Below, piece by piece: positions 55,995-64,000 of a stretch of 64,000 nt of DNA (the first letter of the stretch is position 1; each line of letters opens with the position of its first letter). The DNA comes from the human T2T-CHM13v2.0 reference genome, Homo sapiens. The stretch is from assembly GCF_009914755.1 (NCBI RefSeq), contig NC_060936.1; one strand, 5' to 3'. A model generated the notes under the pieces. The model was not told the origin of the DNA and searched no databases. It worked only from the letters and a program-made list of their open reading frames with translations. The position numbers and the translations under genes are program-made.

Positions 55995-58900
55995 AAAAGA
56001 TCACTCTGCCAGATGTGTAGAAAGTTGACCAACAAGAATGGAACAAGAACGGCAGCAAGAATGGAATTGGGGGATCTGGAAAGGAGGGTGTTGGAGTCAC
56101 CCAGGCAAGAGAGGATGGAGGATTGGAGCAGGGTGGAGGTCATGAGGTTGGAGGGAGGGGACTCAGCTCTCCCAGGACTTGCCAGCAGTTTCAGTGTGTT
56201 AGGGGTGAGAGGCAGAGGAGTCAGATGCCTCCTAAGTTGAAGCTTCAAATAGATGTACAGTCTAAGATGCAGGCACATATACGTATCAACACTTTCTAGA
56301 AAGACAGGCAAGGGGCAGTTGGCAGGTGAGGGGGCTGTGGATTTGGGGAGTAGATACTTCGTTACTTTTAGACTTGTCTCTACCATTTGAATTTAGTAAC
56401 AGAAGCATTCCTTTATAAAAATAAAACACAATTTTTAGTTATATAGTAGTCATATATAAATAGTATATGACATATACTATTTTTTTTGCCTAGAATGTTT
56501 TCTTTTTATTTTTGTCAAAGGAAAAAAATTCTAGAAAACAGAGAAACAGACATTAAATAACAGAGTCAACTGTTATTTAATATTTTGATGATATTTCATT
56601 ATTTTTTCAAGAAGTTACACATTGAAGATCAAATTTGAGTTGGATTTTTGTTTCCTAAATGGCTGCTATAAGTCAGCTGGTAACTGGTATCTTGGATTTA
56701 GTTGGCAAAAATGAAAATGTAGTTAGGTATAAATTCCTAGAAATTAAACACATATCCTATACCTACATAAATGTGTATATTATATGTCTATTGGAACATT
56801 TACACCTGAAAAATATGCAAGATGTTTGAAGAACAGCTAGATAGTGCTTATTTTAGAGATTAAACTTCGCTCAGTGACAAATCATCTCTTGATACCTAAC
56901 AGACCTTCTACCAAGGCTAGATTTGAAGAACGAACAAAATGTCCCTTAAATACATATTCCCCTCTTGTCCACTAAGACACACTTCAGGTCTAGGGCAAGA
57001 GAGGAATAAAGAAAGGGAGAGGAAAGGAAAGATGTCCTGATGCAGAGGTTGCCAAATCTTTTCTGCAAAGGGCCAGAGAGGAAATACCTTCGGCTTTGCA
57101 AGTCACTTGCTCTCTACTAAAACTCTCCATTTCTGACTTTGTAGCAGAAACTCAGCTGCAGACAATGTGTAAGTGAACACGTATGACCATGTTCCGATAA
57201 AGCTATTTACAAAAATAGGCAATTGGCTGAACTTGGCCCCTGGGCTAGACAGTAGGTTGGGTAGTTTCCCAACCACTGTTCTAATAGGATCTAGACTTAC
57301 CTGAAAGTTGGGAAGTGAAAACAAAACACTAAGAGTAGCCCCTGAATCCCACTTCCCATCACCTGGCTCCCCTAGAGCCCTCATCTCTGCCACTGGGACT
57401 TTATCTAGTGTCTCTCCTTTCCTCATCCTGACCCACCCCTCCTGGGATGGGTTAGGTCTTCTCCACCGCTCTGACCACAGTTTTGAGGTACACACTGATT
57501 TTTCTGATGACTTGATGAGTATGGGCCTCTCCCACTGGTTTGGGAGTGCTGGGAAGGCAGGGGTTGTGTTTAACTTCTTTCTGGCTCCCAGCACCCAGCA
57601 CAAAGCCTGGCATATAGTAACAGCTCCATAAAAACAGTTTAACTAAACAAATACATGAAAATCCAAGTGTTTCCACTGTACTATTACATGAATGCTCACG
57701 GGCTTTCCATGGAAATGAGCAGGGAGGGGGTGGCACTCCAGTGGATCCAATTTTCCTCGATGCCATGAGAGAGGCAAGGCTGGCACCCACCCTCTATACA
57801 TATTTCCAATAGGAGGCATTTACTGTGTAGAGTGGTTATGTGGGGTTTAGCTGGCAGGAGAGGTAAGTGCCTGTACCAGCCCACTTCGGGGAGGGAATTC
57901 CAATTCTCATACAAATGCCTATGTCAGCACCAAGTTCTCTCTGTGTCACATGCCAGGGGCCAGACACTGTGCTCATGACACATTATCTCATTTGGGGTTG
58001 GAGCAATTATGACTTCCATTTTGTAGTTAAGGTAACCGGCGTTCCCAATAATTAATGTATGCAGATCACAATTCAACACAGGCTGGAGTGTGATGGCAGT
58101 TCTGGCGGATTTCAAAGCTAGTTCCTCATCACTCTATTAATTCTACCGTAAGAGTTGATCGCATGTGTTCCCATTTTACAGAGGTACCTGTGCAAACAGG
58201 TTGTCAATTTCAGGGTTAGCCAAGGAGAATCAATCTTAGACTTGCAATCTGGGAGGGGAGGGGTAGGGGCTGGTCTCAGCCAGTTCTTTAACTGGACACT
58301 GACAATGCTGCCTCTGCCCCATGGAATAATCCAGAAGCCCATGGCTCCCTCTTCCAGTAGAGACCCACTGCACAGCACAGCCCAGCCTCCTCCACCATCC
58401 CCTGAGCTCATCCAGACAGCGACCCGGACTTTGCCTCTTAGGCCTGATCTGTGTTGGCGTCCAGGCCCGTTGATTTTCCTGCATCCCTGTGATTAGTGAC
58501 TAATCTTATTTTTTTGTTCCCAAACCCATAAATCGGTTACAGACCAAATATTTACACAGGCCATCATTTCCGACTGAACCAGAGCTCGTGACAGCCCTCA
58601 TTATTAAAAAGGATGACTGATTTTGGGCAGAGATTTCACGGCCATGTGGCTGGATGTTTTCTTTTAGGTTTCCTTCCTCCTCCCCTTGCCTGAAGAAAAG
58701 ACAATTTCCAAGATAAATTGGCGCAGAGGTCTGCTCTCACTGTCTCCCCGGGGCTGATGGTGTGGGCAGGCTTCCATCAGCCCAGTAAGTGATGGGCCCC
58801 CAGAGAAATGGCCAGTGCTAGCTTCTGCCCGCATCTCCTGGCCTCCCTCTGGGGCCAAAGAGTGGAACAGGGAGTCATTTGACTCACAAACATTCCCGAA

Positions 58901-59153
58901 ATCAGAGGCTGTAGAAGACAGCAGAGGGGAGGGGCCCAGAAGAGGAAATAGCTGCATCCCCACCTCCAGCCCATGTGACCCACAGGGCAGGGAGTGGTTT
59001 GGCCTGTCAGGTGCCCCACCCCCAACCCACCACCAGAGGCCACATGTTGAGTGGATAAGATCACTGGATAGAGAAGCAGGAGGATGAATTCCTGACCTAG
59101 CTCTGTCATTACCTAAGTTACCTTGGATTTTAATGCTGATTCCCCTCCTGTAA

Positions 59154-59623
<470 letters not shown>

Positions 59624-61355
59624 TCATTTTATTCTTTATGATGGGATCTGTCATTTGCAGATGAAGAAACAGAGGGTCAGAGAGGCTAGGCGACTTGTCT
59701 AAGGTCACACAGCATATAAGGGGCAGAGCCAGGATTTGAACCTGGTTCTGTCTGACCCCAAAGGTCTTAACCCTAAAATATATCACAGACTCCCTAGGAC
59801 CTGGATTTGCTTGTAACACCTGGATAAAAAAGCTCATTGTCATCTGGATTCTCAACACTCCAGCATCTCCATAGGAAAGCACCCAGAGTCAGTGTTCTAA
59901 GCAAATGCATCATTGATCATTGTCTACTCAGGTGGTAAGCCCGTAAAGACCCTTCTCTGTGCAAGCAGGAGGTCAGCCAGAAATGTTTTACTCAAGGAAA
60001 CTGATAGTTTTGCCACCTATGGGATATTTCACAGATGCTTCCTTTATCCTGGGAAAAAATAAACAGAGAGTGAATCCTTACAAACATGCCTAAATTGGAA
60101 TATATTTCAATCTATGATTCTATGAGATCCACGCTGAAATCCACGCATCAGAGCCCGAGAGACAGACAACGAACAGTATCTACCAGTTCCTGAGGGCTTG
60201 GAGAGGACTCAGAAGATGCTGGGGCTGGCGGGCTGGCTGGCTGGGTGCCCAGGGCTAGTTGCTTAACCTCAGTGAGCTCTTAGCTTCCTCGCTTGTAAAA
60301 TGAGGGGCTTAGAGCAACTCATCCTTAAAAGCTTATCCACCCTCAAAGCGGCGATTCTGTGATGCTGCTCCCTCTTTTCCAAGCTTCCAGCACGACCTTG
60401 GGCAGGTCAGAATCTGTGTGGTTTCAGGTCTTCTTATTTATACAACAGGATAACCTCTCCTGCCTCTTTGTCTGCCCCTTGCTTCTGTGGGGGCAAGTGA
60501 GTCAGTGTGAGCTCAGCAGAGAGTGCAATTAAACATCAGCAAGTATGATCCCACCAGTGTGGAATTTCTAATAATTCAGTCGTGGCTCTCCTACTGTGAC
60601 TCCAGGAAACAAAGTCTGAATCTCTTTTTCCACGAGAGTTTGAAGAACTGTTGCCTGAAATTAGTGGGTTTCTTCAAAGCCAGGCTTTTGATGTGCTTTC
60701 AACTTTTGCATCCAGCATGAACTTGTTAGGGTAGAAAATTTGCTTATTTGGGATCAAACAGTATAGAGGGTGGGCTCGCTGCAAATTGTCACTTAACGTG
60801 TTCATCTATGTAATTATTCCTGCTCAGCCGGACTCAGGCATTTCAATATCTGAGCCAATAGCCTGTACTGCTGTCTTGCAGAGGACACTGGTTTTGTGAC
60901 CGTCTAGCATTCACCCCACTCCACCTCGGGGAATTCTCTCTCCTACTCTGTGCACAACCTTATTGGGGGTGTCAACTAGGGTACACTGCCTTCCCCTAAC
61001 TCACCAGGTGCCAATCAGACCAATCTGAGTCTCTCTTGGGAATATGAATCTTCAACAGCATGACACACGATGGAAAAAAATATTTGAAGCTCAATCTAGT
61101 AGTGGTCCCTCCCAAAATCAGCTGTCAAGTCATCCCTGCTACTTAGAGCCCAAAGACACCTGGGTCCTGCCCCTTTCTGAGCCTGGGTCTCCAGCTTTCC
61201 TGTCAATCCTGAGAGTTATCCCATAATATCCCAAACAAGTTCATTTTCAGCCTAAGTTAGATAGAGTTGGCTTCTGTTGTTTGCAACCAAAGATCTCGTC
61301 TCTAACGTATTCTGAAACCTTTAAAGCTGAATTCCCTTTTAAAAAAAAGTCTATT

Positions 61356-61676
<321 letters not shown>

Positions 61677-62157
61677 CTAAGTACCCGCAACTCAAAAGTT
61701 TCTCAAGTCCTTTGGGGTGGGGCCCACAAATCTGCATTTTATCATGCTTTCCAAAGATCATTTCAAGCTCCCCAGAACCACTCTCTGCATCATAATTCTA
61801 CACCGATAACATCAGCCAGTGTCCAATTGGCAGGTTTGACATTGGCTGATGCTCTGAAGCAAAATACTTTTCACATGCTAGTGTCTGCTCAGGCCCTCCA
61901 AGAACCAGACTCTAAGGCCTGAAGGTTTAGTCCATAGAGGCTCGATCAGGTTTCGAGTGTGCCAGAAGCAAGAAGAAAATGTGCTGCCAAAGGACACTCT
62001 CCAGGATGGCCATAGGGATACAACTGCACACGCCATGAAGTCACTGCTGCTGTAAGTTTGGAGGACGACTCAGATTCCTCTGCCTTCCCCACTGGAAAAG
62101 CCCATAGTGTTTATGTCAAACTCTAGACACCCGGTCACAACTCATTTAGCAGATCTC

Positions 62158-63247
62158 CTTCTTTCCTTCCTTCTCTCCTGCCTCCTTTTTCCTTCCTTGC
62201 AAACGACACATGCATTACACACATAGTAGGTATTTTCATTGCAAAAGATTCACACACATAGTCAAATTTGGAAGTTCCTCCAACCCCCTTACTCTCACTG
62301 CCTGTCTCAGTGTAAACTCTTCCAACTCTTCTGTGACCATAACTACCTAATACCAACATACAATGAATATGTCCAAACATTATATAAATGTATATATACA
62401 TATTTATGTTTATATCTATTTCTCTTTGTAGAAATACGATCATACTATATGTGCTGTTTGGCAGTTTGTTGTCTTCACAAATCAATGTATCTTGGAGTTT
62501 TAAACATCTCTTTGTGTAGACCAGGGGTCATCCACCAAAGGCCATGCCAGGTGCAGCAAAGCAGAGATGTCTTAATAAGAGAGTGATTTAATAAAAATAT
62601 GACACATCCATATTATAGAACACTATTCAGTCATTAAAAAGAATGAGGTGGTTCTATAACAGGGGTGAAAACTTTCTCTGTAAAGGGCCAGATAGTAAAT
62701 ATCACAGGCTTTGCAGGCCATGCAGTCTCCACTGCAACTACTCGATTCTGCCTTTACAAAAGCAGTCCTAGGCATTATATAAACAAATGGGTGTGGCTGT
62801 ATATTAATAAAACTTTATTTACAAAAACAGTCAGCAGGCCAGATTTGGCCCCGGGGGGCATGGGTGGATGACCCCTGGTCTACACAAACAGATGTTTCAA
62901 ACTCCAAGATACATTGATTTATGAAGAAAACCAACTGCCTAACAACACATATAGTATGACCGTATTTATACAAATAAATATAAATATAAATATAAATATG
63001 TATACATGCATTTATATAATGTTTGGACACTTTCATTATATGTTGATATGAGGTAGTTATGGTCACAGAAAAAGAGCTAGATGGGTTTAAACTGAGAAAG
63101 ATAGTGAGAGTAAGGGGGGTGGGGGGAACTCCCAAATTTGACTATGTGTGAGAATCTTTTACAGTGAAAATGCCTAGCATGTGTGTAATGCATGTGTGAT
63201 TTGGAAGGAAGGAAACAGGAAGGCAGGAGAGAAGGAAGAAGAAAAGG
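62158..63247. repeat. Long inverted duplication: arms ~62158-62536 and 62863-~63247, spacer 326 bp
   Basis: Arms are reverse complements along their whole length, roughly 85% identical by eye. Confidence 0.93.
62660..62877. mobile_element. MER58A-like element
   Basis: CAGGGGTG...TGTAAAGGGCCAGATAGTAAATAT...GACCCCTG. Confidence 0.82.
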
Positions 63248-63532
63248 AAGGAAGATGGAAGAGAGAAAGAGAAGGAGGGAAGAATGAATGGAGGGAGGGA
63301 GGGAAGGAGGGAAGAAGACAGAAAGCTGTGTTCCAATAAAACTTTATTTACAAAAACAGGCTGTGGGCCAAGTTTGGTCCATGGCCACAGTCTTCCAACC
63401 TCTGGTTTAGAATACCAAGTCCACGAGGGCAAAGTCCTGGAAATCTTATTCACCATTATGTCCCCAGTCTATAGAACAGACCCTGACACACAACAGGAGC
63501 TCAAGAAATAGTTGTTGAAAGAATGGGGAAAA

Positions 63533-63867
<335 letters not shown>

Positions 63868-64000
63868 CTATCAACTTGGAAAACGAACAACTCAACTACT
63901 ATTCTAAGCCCTTGTCATGAGCATGTGTAAAGCAATATGCTGTGTGTTACTCATTTAAATGTCTTGAACTAACTGCTGCCAGCACACAGGTTAATTAAAT

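Noticed and set aside
58480-58900. Repeat-free stretch with AP-1-like sites and a + strand acceptor, possible enhancer or antisense exon
   Set aside because: Motifs are short and expected by chance; conservation cannot be assessed from this sequence alone.

Overview
Primate (human-like) genomic DNA, not microbial. The window lies inside KSR2 (kinase suppressor of Ras 2) on the minus strand. The only recognisable coding exon is 185 bp at 40725-40909; the rest is intron, rich in interspersed repeats. Main elements: the 5' 2.6 kb of an L1PA element (5'UTR, open antisense ORF0, disrupted ORF1, start of ORF2); a near full-length but decayed HERV-L provirus with MLT2A LTRs (23279-30306) carrying nested L1PB and AluSp insertions; a 5'-inverted L1; about 18 Alus; MLT1 LTRs; MER DNA transposons; MIR and L2 fragments. 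Signals not explained by ordinary repeat annotation: (1) a candidate 74-bp TE-derived exon in frame with the KSR2 exon (47535-47608), (2) a 21-bp-phased CCAAT-box array (22021-22181), (3) a ~380-bp inverted duplication (62158-63247), and (4) two short dispersed direct duplications of about 95% identity. I found no evidence of a new multi-gene system. Repeat subfamily names are from recalled consensus sequences, and repeat boundaries are approximate.
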